This document shows, in pieces, positions 27,841 to 37,223 of a stretch of DNA of 64,000 nucleotides. A program made the translations under genes and the position numbers. A model generated the notes under the pieces. It was given only the letters and a program-made list of their open reading frames with translations. It did not search any database and was not told the DNA's origin. Position 1 is the stretch's first letter. Every line of letters begins with the position of its first letter. The DNA is from Pirellulales bacterium (GTDB lineage Bacteria > Planctomycetota > Planctomycetia > Pirellulales > Lacipirellulaceae): NCBI GenBank assembly GCA_020849945.1, contig JADZFK010000045.1:295-64294 (forward strand). The letters run 5' to 3'.

Positions 27841-30219
27841 ATGTTACGAATCCTTTCCGAAAATCGGATTTCACTCACTCGTTATTGCCTTGCGGTTGCC
27901 GTTTCGTGTTGGGCCATTGGGGTGGCGGCCCTACCCACCGCCCGTGCGGCCGAACTGGCCGATCAGGTCCGCTCGCTTGGCAAGGTGCCGGTGGATGCCG
28001 CCTTCTACTCGGCGAGCCTTCGGCTGGAGGAGCAATGGAACATCTTTCTCGATAGCAAGGCCTACCAGAAGTTGATGGAAATCCCGGTCTTCCAGTTGGG
28101 GAGGATGCAGTTGATGTATCAGCTCCAGCAATCGCCCCACCCAGCGATTGCCCAGTTCCGGGAATACTACGAAAGCCCCGCGGGCCAAGATGCGGCTGCC
28201 TTGCTGAAGGAAATGTTTTCTGAAGAGTTCTTCGTGTACGGCGGTAACGACGTGGCCGAGCTGTTCAAGCTGCTCATGGAGTTTAATTCGATCAACCGGT
28301 CGGCTCGCTTGGAAGCGCTCGCTCAAGGCAAAGACGAGGAGGAAGTGTTGGCGGTAAAGTTCCTGAAACGGATCGAACAAGCTTTCGACGAGGGTTTGTC
28401 GGTACCAACCTTAGTCGCTGGGTTCCGGGTGAAGGACACGAGCCTTGCAAAGCGTGAGCTTAACGAAATCCACACGCTGCTGCGCGGCCTGCTCGATGAA
28501 AACCAACCCGGCCTGGCGGCCCAACTGCAGCGCGAACAGGTTGGTGGCCACGACTTCCTCACCTTCCGTCTCGATGGCTCGATGATCCCGTGGGACCTGC
28601 TCGAAAAGGAGATTAACAAGTCTGGCGAAGCTGAGGACACCGAAGCCAATGTCGAAACCGAGGCTGTGGAAGAAGGCGATGGCTCGGCGAGTGAAGACTC
28701 TGAAGTAGACGGTTCTGAAGATGCACCGGCGGAGGGATCGATCTCTAGGGTTGTGGAAGAGTTCAAGGCCCTGCGAAAGGCGATCTCGAAACAGAGCATC
28801 GTCGTGGCGCTCGGAGTGACTGAGGAGTACGTGGTGTTCTCGGTGGGTTCTTCGACAGCCCATATCGAAAAGCTGGGCCAGGGGACGCCGCTCGCAAAGC
28901 ACCCTGCCCTGGTGCGGCTCCAGAAGCACGCCGAAGAACGGATCGTTGGTGTTTCATATCTGAGCAAGGCGTTCGCCTCGAGCCTGGGTTCGCCGCAACA
29001 GACGGTCGAAGACCTGGCCAACACGCTCGATGAAGCTCTCGCAACGAGTCCGCTCGGCGAGGAGGACCGCCGAGCGATCGTTGAAGACATTCGGGCTCTC
29101 GATTTTTCCAAACTGATGCCCGAGCCAGGCGAGCAGTCGGGAATTGTGTTCCTGACATCGCGCGGCTACGAAGGCTTCAAATATGCCACGAGTGGGCAGC
29201 CGCTCATGGATAGCAGCAAGCCGTTGACGATCTTGAATCACGTGGGGGGCAACCCCGCGTTGCTTGTGGCATCGCGCAGCAAGAACGACCTGGGTGATTA
29301 CGACAAACTGGTCGGATGGCTGAAACGATTTGGCGGGCATCTCGAGGCCATTGCCAAGAAGGAAGCAAGTGCCGAAGACTGGGCCAAGTACGAGCAGTAT
29401 CGCAGCCGGGGGATCGAACTGCTCGAAAAGCTCGATCGTGCGAATCGCGAGCAGTTGTTTCCGGGGATGACCGACGGCCAAAGTGCTTTCGTTCTCGATT
29501 TTGCGGCGGAGAGTCCGCAGTGGTTCCTGGAGATGCCTGAAGCCGATAAGCCGCTGCCGATGATCGAAATGGCGATGGTCTCCGCAGTAAGTGATGTGGA
29601 GAAGTTTCGCGCGGGCGTACAGACCTACCTGGATGTCTTTGAGGAGGGGTACGCGATGGTGAAGGAGATCGACCCGAACACACCGGACTTCAAGTTACCG
29701 CTTCCCGAGGTATCCGAGATGTCGGCGGGTGGGAAGCTTTACAGTTATGCGTTGCCCGTGGAATGGGGGTTGGATCCGCAAGTTGCGCCGAACGCGGGGC
29801 TGACCGACTCCTTACTGGTTCTAAGCGGTATGCCGTTGACGACCGAACGGTTGCTTCAGGAGAACCCGCTATCGATCGATACCTCGTTGAAGCTCGATCG
29901 GCCCGCCTGCATGATCGTGCATCTTCAGTTCTCCAAGTTCTTTGAAACGGCCCGACCGTGGATCGATTACGGCATATCCGCGAGCATGGGGTCGCTTAAA
30001 TCGATGCAAGCTGCCGGCGACGAAACCGAGGAGGGTTCCGGCAACGAAACCCGGCGAGCCCCGCAATCCGCGATGGCCATGCAGCTGGGCATGATCGTGC
30101 CGCAGGTCGAACAGCTTCTGGAAGTGTTCGAAACGCTCCGGAGTACCACGGCAATCGTGTACGAAGAGGACGGCCTGTGGATCACCCACAGCGAAACGCA
30201 TATTCGAGACGTCCCGTAG
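27841..30219 (+). CDS. Large secreted hypothetical protein (792 aa) with an internal acidic linker
   Basis: Signal peptide LTRYCLAVAVSCWAIGVAALPTARA and the acidic stretch EAEDTEANVETEAVEEGDGSASEDSEVDGSEDAPAEGS. No recognised domain. Confidence 0.7.
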   Translation: MLRILSENRISLTRYCLAVAVSCWAIGVAALPTARAAELADQVRSLGKVPVDAAFYSASLRLEEQWNIFLDSKAYQKLMEIPVFQLGRMQLMYQLQQSPHPAIAQFREYYESPAGQDAAALLKEMFSEEFFVYGGNDVAELFKLLMEFNSINRSARLEALAQGKDEEEVLAVKFLKRIEQAFDEGLSVPTLVAGFRVKDTSLAKRELNEIHTLLRGLLDENQPGLAAQLQREQVGGHDFLTFRLDGSMIPWDLLEKEINKSGEAEDTEANVETEAVEEGDGSASEDSEVDGSEDAPAEGSISRVVEEFKALRKAISKQSIVVALGVTEEYVVFSVGSSTAHIEKLGQGTPLAKHPALVRLQKHAEERIVGVSYLSKAFASSLGSPQQTVEDLANTLDEALATSPLGEEDRRAIVEDIRALDFSKLMPEPGEQSGIVFLTSRGYEGFKYATSGQPLMDSSKPLTILNHVGGNPALLVASRSKNDLGDYDKLVGWLKRFGGHLEAIAKKEASAEDWAKYEQYRSRGIELLEKLDRANREQLFPGMTDGQSAFVLDFAAESPQWFLEMPEADKPLPMIEMAMVSAVSDVEKFRAGVQTYLDVFEEGYAMVKEIDPNTPDFKLPLPEVSEMSAGGKLYSYALPVEWGLDPQVAPNAGLTDSLLVLSGMPLTTERLLQENPLSIDTSLKLDRPACMIVHLQFSKFFETARPWIDYGISASMGSLKSMQAAGDETEEGSGNETRRAPQSAMAMQLGMIVPQVEQLLEVFETLRSTTAIVYEEDGLWITHSETHIRDVP

Positions 30220-30379
30220 TGCTGCAGCACGATTCCCTTTTTCACCACCACGACACGACGGTCACGGCGGTCACGCCGGTCCGAAGGAGGAACGGGCAGG
30301 ATCACAGGATTTGCCAGTTCCCGACGGATCTGAGTTAGGCCGAAGAAGGCCCGTCGCGGCTGATCTTCCGGGGGACTTG

Positions 30380-31711
30380 TTACTTGCGATTTTCGATGGG
30401 CACGAAGTCGCGGGGGCAGGCCCCCACGTACACCTGCCTGGGGCGGCAGATGCGGGTGTTAGGGTTCTGGTGCATTTCGAGCCAATGGGCGATCCAACCG
30501 GGAAGCCGGCCCATTGCAAACAGCACCGTGAACATCTGGACTGGAATGCCAATCGCCCGATAGATAACGCCGGAATAGAAATCGACGTTGGGGTAGAGCT
30601 TGCGTTCGATGAAGTACTCATCGTTCAGGGCAACCTCCTCCAACTGCTTGGCGATATCAAAGATGGGATCGCTGATATGGCGTTTGGCGAGGAGTTTATC
30701 GCACGCTGCCTTGATGATCGTTGCGCGGGGGTCGTAGTGTTTGTAGACCCGATGGCCAAAGCCCATGAGGAGGAAGTCGTTGTTCTTATCCTTGGCCATA
30801 TCGACGTATTTCTTGACGTTGCTGCCGTCGTTTGCGATACGTTGGAGCATGGCGACACAGGCCTCGTTGGCCCCACCATGCAGTGGCCCCCACAACGCGG
30901 AAATGCCAGCCGAAATCGAGGCAAACAAGTTCGCGTTCGAGGAACCAACCATCCGCACAGTTGAGGTGCTGCAATTCTGCTCATGATCGGCATGCACAAT
31001 CAGCAGAAGATTGAGTGCGTCCACGAAATCGGGATCGGCCTCAAACGGCTCGGTCGGAACTCCAAACATCATCCGCAAAAAATTCTCGCAATACGTGAGA
31101 TCGTTTCGCGGGTAGACAAACGGCTGGCCGATCGACTTCTTGAAGGCGTAGGCGGCAATCGTCGGCAGTTTGGCCAACAGCCGAAGGACCGAACGATTGA
31201 CCTGCTCGGGATCGGTGACGCTAAGCGAATCTTGGTAGAAGGTGGAAAGCGCTCCGCAAACGCAGCTCAAGATCGCCATGGGGTGGGCATCCCGCGGAAA
31301 GCCATCGTAGAATAGCCGCATGTCTTCGTGCAGCATGGTGTGGCGGCGAAGGCGATGACGGAAATCTTCCAACTGGTTGGCTGTCGGCAGTTCGCCGTAC
31401 AGCAGGAGGTAAGAGACCTCGATGAAATCGCAATTGGCGGCCAGTTGTTCGATAGGGTAACCACGGTACCGCAAAATGCCGGCATCACCATCGAGAAAGG
31501 TGATGGCGCTCGTGGTTGCCCCCGTGTTCATGTAGGCTTCATCCAGGGTGATGTAGCCTGTCTTGCCACGGAGTTTCGAGACATCGACCGCCGGCTCGTT
31601 TTCCGTTCCTTCCACCAAAGGCAGTTCGACGGTTTGGACGGTATTGGCTTCGAGCACGAGCTTCGCGGTGCCGATCGATTTCAGTTTGTTCTCAAAGACA
31701 CTGGAGTTCAT
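30380..31711 (-). CDS. gltA: Citrate synthase
   Basis: ITFLDGDAGILRYRGYPIEQLA, GPLHGGANE, MGFGHRVYK. Confidence 0.95.
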   Translation of the reverse strand: MNSSVFENKLKSIGTAKLVLEANTVQTVELPLVEGTENEPAVDVSKLRGKTGYITLDEAYMNTGATTSAITFLDGDAGILRYRGYPIEQLAANCDFIEVSYLLLYGELPTANQLEDFRHRLRRHTMLHEDMRLFYDGFPRDAHPMAILSCVCGALSTFYQDSLSVTDPEQVNRSVLRLLAKLPTIAAYAFKKSIGQPFVYPRNDLTYCENFLRMMFGVPTEPFEADPDFVDALNLLLIVHADHEQNCSTSTVRMVGSSNANLFASISAGISALWGPLHGGANEACVAMLQRIANDGSNVKKYVDMAKDKNNDFLLMGFGHRVYKHYDPRATIIKAACDKLLAKRHISDPIFDIAKQLEEVALNDEYFIERKLYPNVDFYSGVIYRAIGIPVQMFTVLFAMGRLPGWIAHWLEMHQNPNTRICRPRQVYVGACPRDFVPIENRK

Positions 31712-32219
31712 TCGGCCCTCTTACCAATATTATCTGCCGAGTATCGGACGACCCTAGCCCGCGCGGGGAGCGATCCTACGGATACTTGTTCCCTAAGGGA
31801 ACGGCCGGTCCGCAACACTGCTGGGGGGAATTTGATAGCCAGCCCGATTCGGCTGAGCCACCCCCCGGCAGACCCGGTGCTAAGAGCACGCTCAATTGCC
31901 GGACGGCCTCGAACATCTGCCTATTGGAAACTGCCGACCAAGCAGCCCTGGGCAGGCCCCTAGTTTACTGTTCAAGCGTAGCTCACACAACGGCCCCTCA
32001 AACACACTATTGGCACTGCGGAGTGACGCACGCTTGGGCAAGATCGCGGTTACGAAACTTCCCCGACCCGCCCCCTTCTTCTGTGGAAATTGCGTTACCG
32101 AACCGGGCTCTATGAAGTTCGTTGGGTGCCGCGCATAATTAGGGTCGCTCACGATCGGCATACGACCCGATTAACTGGCATAATCGAACTATTGGCCCCC
32201 TAACCGTGGAGTAACACAC

Positions 32220-33713
32220 ATGGAATCGGCAGGCGTTTCGCGGCGATCGTTTATCAAGAGCACGGGGGCGGCCACTGCGATTGTGGCGGGGGCGAGCGCC
32301 GCGCTGCCGCGTAACCTGAAGGCCCAAACGCCAGGACCGAACGACCGTCTTCGCATCGGGTTTATTGGCGTTGGGGGGCGGGCTCATACTCATCTTGCAT
32401 CGGCGATCTCCCTTGCCAACGAAGGTAAGGTGGAAATCGCCGCCGTGTGCGATGTTTTTAACCGCTACATCCATCGGGCCATCAACAAGGTGCAACGCGG
32501 GTGCAAGCAACAGCCCAAGTCCACGGGAGATTACCGCAGCATTATTAGCGATCCAACGATCGATGCCGTGTGCATCGCCACGCCAGACCATTGGCACGCC
32601 AAGCAAACGCTCGATGCGTTGGCCGCCGGCAAGCATGTTTATTGCGAGAAGCCGATGACGCACAGCGTCGAGGAAGCGATACAGGTCTACCGGGCGTGGA
32701 AGGAATCGGGCAAGGTGATGCAGGTGGGCGTGCAATCGACATCGCTGCCGGTATGGAGCGACGTAAACCGGCGCTTGTGCGATGGCCAGTTGGGCAAGGT
32801 GCTGATGTACCAAACGTCGTATTTCCGCAATTCCGATTTGGGCCAGTGGCGTTACTACGAGCTGGCACCCGACATGACGCCGAGCAACATCGATTGGCAA
32901 ATGTTCCTGGGCACCGAATTCGGCCTTGCACCCAAGATGCCGTTCGATCGCGCCCGTTTCGCCCAGTGGCGTTGCTATTGGGATTTCGGAGCTGGCATGT
33001 TCACCGATTTGTTCGTCCATCGCACTTCGGTCATGCTCAAGGCGACGGGGTTGCGGTTCCCTGGCCGCGTGGTCGGCGCGGGAGGCATCTACCTTGAATA
33101 CGACGATCGCGACGTGCCGGACGTGGCAACGGTTGTTGCCGATTTTCCGGAGGGTGTGCAGGGCCTCGTCACCTCCACCATGTGCTGCGAAGGCACGCCC
33201 GTGCCGCAAATCATTCGGGGCCATCTCGGTTCCTTCTTGCTCGGCGATGGCGAAGAAATCAGCCGTTACGATTTCGTAGCCGAACGCCCGCAGGTGACCC
33301 ACAACAGCTCGATCAAGAACGAACACTACGAAGAGGCCGGCTTGAAGAATTCCTCATTGACCCACTTCACAAATTTTGTTGAGGCGGCCATGGCGGGTAA
33401 ACCGGGGGACGTAAACTGCTCGCCCGAGATCGGCGCGGCGGCCATGGTGATTGTCAAACTGGGCGCGTTGAGCTATCGCCAAGGCAAAGTCTTCCACTTT
33501 GACCCCGAGACGCTCGCCGTGAAAGATGGCAGCAGCAGTTGGGCAAGCCAGTGGGAAAAGATGTCGCACGAACGGGCATCGGCCCGGCACGTTCCGAACT
33601 GGCGAGCGGGAGATATCGGCAGCACGATCACCCCCCGCCCCTACCAAAAACTGGCCGGCCCCTGGATCAACGGCATCGACCCCGCCGCCGGCAGTAAGAG
33701 CAGCGCCGACTAG
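32220..33713 (+). CDS. Gfo/Idh/MocA-family oxidoreductase with a Tat signal
   Basis: SRRSFIKSTGAATAIVAGA, LRIGFIGVGGRA, DAVCIATPDHWH. Confidence 0.85.
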   Translation: MESAGVSRRSFIKSTGAATAIVAGASAALPRNLKAQTPGPNDRLRIGFIGVGGRAHTHLASAISLANEGKVEIAAVCDVFNRYIHRAINKVQRGCKQQPKSTGDYRSIISDPTIDAVCIATPDHWHAKQTLDALAAGKHVYCEKPMTHSVEEAIQVYRAWKESGKVMQVGVQSTSLPVWSDVNRRLCDGQLGKVLMYQTSYFRNSDLGQWRYYELAPDMTPSNIDWQMFLGTEFGLAPKMPFDRARFAQWRCYWDFGAGMFTDLFVHRTSVMLKATGLRFPGRVVGAGGIYLEYDDRDVPDVATVVADFPEGVQGLVTSTMCCEGTPVPQIIRGHLGSFLLGDGEEISRYDFVAERPQVTHNSSIKNEHYEEAGLKNSSLTHFTNFVEAAMAGKPGDVNCSPEIGAAAMVIVKLGALSYRQGKVFHFDPETLAVKDGSSSWASQWEKMSHERASARHVPNWRAGDIGSTITPRPYQKLAGPWINGIDPAAGSKSSAD

Positions 33714-33720
33714 CCTGAAG

Positions 33721-33822
33721 TTCTCACCACAGAGAGCACAGAGAAATGCAGAAATCGGCTTGTCATTGGCAAACTGCCATTTGCAATGATCATTTCTTAT
33801 TCCCTGGGTCCTCTGTGGTGAA
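33721..33822. repeat. Palindromic tandem-arm element (CACAGAG type), short right arm
   Basis: TTCTCACCACAGAGAGCACAGAGAA ... CCTCTGTGGTGAA. The core has a TCATTGGCAAA/ATTTGCAATGA inverted repeat. Confidence 0.8.
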
Positions 33823-33850
33823 TCTCTCGCTCGAACCAAGCGACCCGGCC

Positions 33851-34399
33851 TCAATTTGCCCAATTGCGTTTGACGACCCGCAACCGCAACGCCAACGCCA
33901 CGGCGAAAACGCCCAGCGCGATCATGTACGCCCCGATGAGCAGCGCGATAGCGAATAGCCCGGCATCAGGTCGATACATGATGAGTGCCCCGAAGATCAC
34001 CGACATTGCGCCGGATAGCCACAGTATCCACTCATCCTCCAGCTCGTTACGCAGGGCGATGCCGGCATAGATTTCGAACAGCCCACGCATGATCGCGGAG
34101 AGGGCAACGATCGTTACGAGCACGAGCAGCGTAAGCCCGGGCCAAGCAAAGGCCGTGATGCCTGCCGCGATGGCTAGCACCCCCAGCAGAACCATCGTCC
34201 ACCACACCGTACCATCGGCTTCGCCCCGAAAACCAAGCAGGACGGCTCCAATGCCATCGACGATCGTAAACGCCGCGAACAGGTACGCCAAGATTAAGAG
34301 CGAAGGTTCCGGGTTTGCGATGGTTATCGCCCCCAGGGCAATCGCCGCCAAACCCCGCACCATCAGCACCCACCACCGCTTGCAAACTGTGGAAAGCAT
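33851..34399 (-). CDS. HdeD/DUF308-family membrane protein
   Basis: WWVLMVRGLAAIALGAITIANP... and repeated TM pairs. Confidence 0.75.
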   Translation of the reverse strand: MLSTVCKRWWVLMVRGLAAIALGAITIANPEPSLLILAYLFAAFTIVDGIGAVLLGFRGEADGTVWWTMVLLGVLAIAAGITAFAWPGLTLLVLVTIVALSAIMRGLFEIYAGIALRNELEDEWILWLSGAMSVIFGALIMYRPDAGLFAIALLIGAYMIALGVFAVALALRLRVVKRNWAN

Positions 34400-34481
34400 G
34401 TTTCACCTCGACCAATAAGAAAAGACAACGGCAGCCAGGATTGCTGCCACGAATTCGCAATTCGAAAAGTAGCAAATGATC

Positions 34482-34776
34482 TCTCACCACGGAACCGCAA
34501 TACGTGGTACGGACTGAAGTCCGTACCACGCACGATGCGCACCATGCGCGCATCCTACGAACGAAGATTCTACGACAACACAACAAAGGCACGAAGGCGT
34601 GGAGAATTCAGATCGGTCATTGCAAATAGGTTATTTGTCATTGACCATTTCAGAAATGCCCCAATTCCAAATGGCCAAGGACCCATGACAAATCGACTTT
34701 TCCTCCGTGTCTCCGTGTCTCCGTGGTAAATGAATGGTAGGATTTCACCACGGAGCACACGGAGACACGGAGAGAA
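34482..34776. repeat. Compound repeat region: CACGGAG-type arms, a perfect 12 bp hairpin and a back-to-back arm pair
   Basis: TCTCACCACGG at 34482. CGTGGTACGGAC-TGAA-GTCCGTACCACG at 34503-34530. TCCTCCGTGTCTCCGTGTCTCCGTGGT (34699-34729) pairs with ACCACGGAGCACACGGAGACACGGAGA (34743-34776). Confidence 0.85.
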
Positions 34777-34959
34777 CAAGACAGGATTACAAGAAGTCGC
34801 CGGGGAATTTACTTCGGAACGATAGCCAGCCGTCGGCGGAAGCCGACGGTTTCGCCATGTGGAACGGCCGGCTTCCGCCAGCGGCTAATGGACCAATTAT
34901 ACGCTCCTTATGATGGGAATAGGCAGCCGGCGCAAGGCCCCATCCTCTTCCGCCTTCTA

Positions 34960-36945
34960 CTACCACAGCGCTTTGCTATTATCGCCTCGCCAGCGCACAA
35001 ATCCTTCAATGGCTTCGTATTCCGCGAGGCCCAACTGGTCGTAAAGTTGGGCCGTATCGCGGTTTCGGTCTTCGGCCCGCTTCCAGAACTCGCGCATATC
35101 GGGACCAGGGAATAAGGCTCGATCCTTCTGCGATTGGTGTTTGAAGATCGCCGTTCGTTTGCGATCGACCTCATCTGGGCTGAGCGGAACGGCCATCTCG
35201 ATTTCATGGGGCCCCCACTCGTGCCAAGCACCGCGATAGAGCCACACTTCGCAGTCGGCGTACCAGTCGTCGCCTTGGCAGCGCTGGCAAGCGGTCAGAA
35301 CGGCGTTCAGGCACACCCGATGCGTACCATGCGGATCGGAAAGATCGCCAGCCGCATAGATTTGGTGTGGCTGAATCTTCCGCAACCATTCGACCACCAT
35401 CGCGATGTCAGCCTCGCCGAGCGGTTTCTTCTTCACGCGGCCCGTTTCGTAGAACGGCATATCCATAAAGTGAAGGCGATCGTCGGAGAGCCCGCAACTG
35501 CGGCCGGCCGCCCGAGCCTCGCCCCGGCGAATCATCGCTTTGATCGTCTGCACCTCGGAGCTATCCACCTGCCCCGGCTGCTTGTTGCGTACGAACTGTT
35601 CGACGTGCGCCTCGAGTTCCTTGGCCCGCTGCGGGGCGACATCAAAGTGCGTATTAAACTCGGCGATAAAATCGGCGAAACGAATCGCATCGTCATCGAA
35701 CACCGCGATGTTGCCGGAAGTTTGATAGGCCACATGCACCTCGTGCCCCTGATCGACAAGCCGTATGAGCGTGCCGCCCATCGAAATGACGTCGTCATCG
35801 GGGTGGGGCGAAAAGATGAGCACCCGTTTCGGGAAGATATTGTCATTCGAGCGCGATGGGTCGCCAGGCAGTTTGGCGTACGCCGGCTTTCCGCCCGGCC
35901 AGCCAGAAATCGTACTCTGCAGGTGGCGGAAGATTTTGATGTTGATGTCGTACGCTGGACCGCGATCGGCCAGCAAGTCTTGCAATCCTTCCTCGTTGTA
36001 ATCGTTATCGGTTAGTTTGAGGATCGCCTTTTCCAACTTGCGAGCCAGCCAGATTACGGCTTTGCGTTCCTTCTGTTCATCCCATTCGACCGGACCCAGC
36101 AGCCACGGTGTGCGGTTGCGCGTCAGCGCGTCGGCCGCGGCTTCGTCGAGCACGACTTCGGCGTTCGGGTGCTCTTGCAAGAAGCTGGCCGCAATGGCCG
36201 AGCAAACTTCCCCTTCCACCGCCTTCGCCACGATCGGTGCCTTGTGTTCGCCGAACGCGAGCATGATGATTTTTCGGGCGGCCAAAATCGAGCCGACCCC
36301 CATCGTGATCGCCCGGCGCGGCACGTGTTCTTGGCCGAAGAAGTCGCTCGCCGCATCGATCCGGGTAACGCGATCGAGTGTAATCAGCCGCGTGCGGCTT
36401 TCCTTGCCAGAACCTGGCTCGTTGAAGCCGATGTGCCCGGTGCGGCCAATGCCCAACAACTGGATATCGATGCCGCCGGCAGCGGCGATCTGCTCTTCGT
36501 ACCAGGCACAATAGTCGGCCACCTGCTCGATGGGCACGGCACCATCTGGCACGTGCCAATTGCCGGAGGGGATATCGACCAGATCGAACAAATGCTCGCG
36601 CATGAACCGCACGTAACTCTGCAGTTCATTCGGTTGCATGGGGTAATACTCATCCAGGTTGAACGTGACGACGTTGGCAAGCGAAAGCCCTTCCTCGCGG
36701 TGGAGTCGGACCAGTTCGTTGTAAACGCCAACCGGCGTGCTGCCCGTTGCCAAGCCCAACACGCAGTTGCGACCCTCGGCAGCGCGCAGGCGGATGAGGT
36801 CGGCGATTTCCGCCGCCACGGCCTTGTTTGCCTGCGCAGAGTGAGGAAAGATTCGCGTCGGAACACGTTCGCGCTGGGCCAGCGGATCGAACCGAGTCGA
36901 AGGAGTTACAATGCGCACCATAGGACGATCCAAACCTGCACTCAT
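34960..36945 (-). CDS. nagB: Glucosamine-6-phosphate deaminase fused to a C-terminal LmbE/PIG-L-like deacetylase domain
   Basis: N-terminal half: LGLATGSTPVGVYNELV, GIGRTGHIGFNEPGS. C-terminal half: VLIFSPHPDDDVISMGGT, HxxH-type PIG-L features. Confidence 0.85.
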   Translation of the reverse strand: MSAGLDRPMVRIVTPSTRFDPLAQRERVPTRIFPHSAQANKAVAAEIADLIRLRAAEGRNCVLGLATGSTPVGVYNELVRLHREEGLSLANVVTFNLDEYYPMQPNELQSYVRFMREHLFDLVDIPSGNWHVPDGAVPIEQVADYCAWYEEQIAAAGGIDIQLLGIGRTGHIGFNEPGSGKESRTRLITLDRVTRIDAASDFFGQEHVPRRAITMGVGSILAARKIIMLAFGEHKAPIVAKAVEGEVCSAIAASFLQEHPNAEVVLDEAAADALTRNRTPWLLGPVEWDEQKERKAVIWLARKLEKAILKLTDNDYNEEGLQDLLADRGPAYDINIKIFRHLQSTISGWPGGKPAYAKLPGDPSRSNDNIFPKRVLIFSPHPDDDVISMGGTLIRLVDQGHEVHVAYQTSGNIAVFDDDAIRFADFIAEFNTHFDVAPQRAKELEAHVEQFVRNKQPGQVDSSEVQTIKAMIRRGEARAAGRSCGLSDDRLHFMDMPFYETGRVKKKPLGEADIAMVVEWLRKIQPHQIYAAGDLSDPHGTHRVCLNAVLTACQRCQGDDWYADCEVWLYRGAWHEWGPHEIEMAVPLSPDEVDRKRTAIFKHQSQKDRALFPGPDMREFWKRAEDRNRDTAQLYDQLGLAEYEAIEGFVRWRGDNSKALW

Positions 36946-37223
36946 AACAAATACTTCTCGGCAAATGAAAAAAGTAAACAAAACTCACCGTGCCCGCCTC
37001 GGCACTCCAACATGGCCCGGCCCTCTCGGCCGGGTTCCGATGCCTCCTTGCGAGCTCGATGTGCGAGTAATCGTTCCGGGTAAGCACCGACCCGAAACGG
37101 GTTGGCTATCTATCAGCCTACACCATATCCGGCTCGGCTTCGAGCGGCCAACTGGAATTGCGGGAAACCAAGATCATGGGTTCGCATCGGCGAGAATCAT
37201 GGGCTGCGAAATGAAAGACTGCC

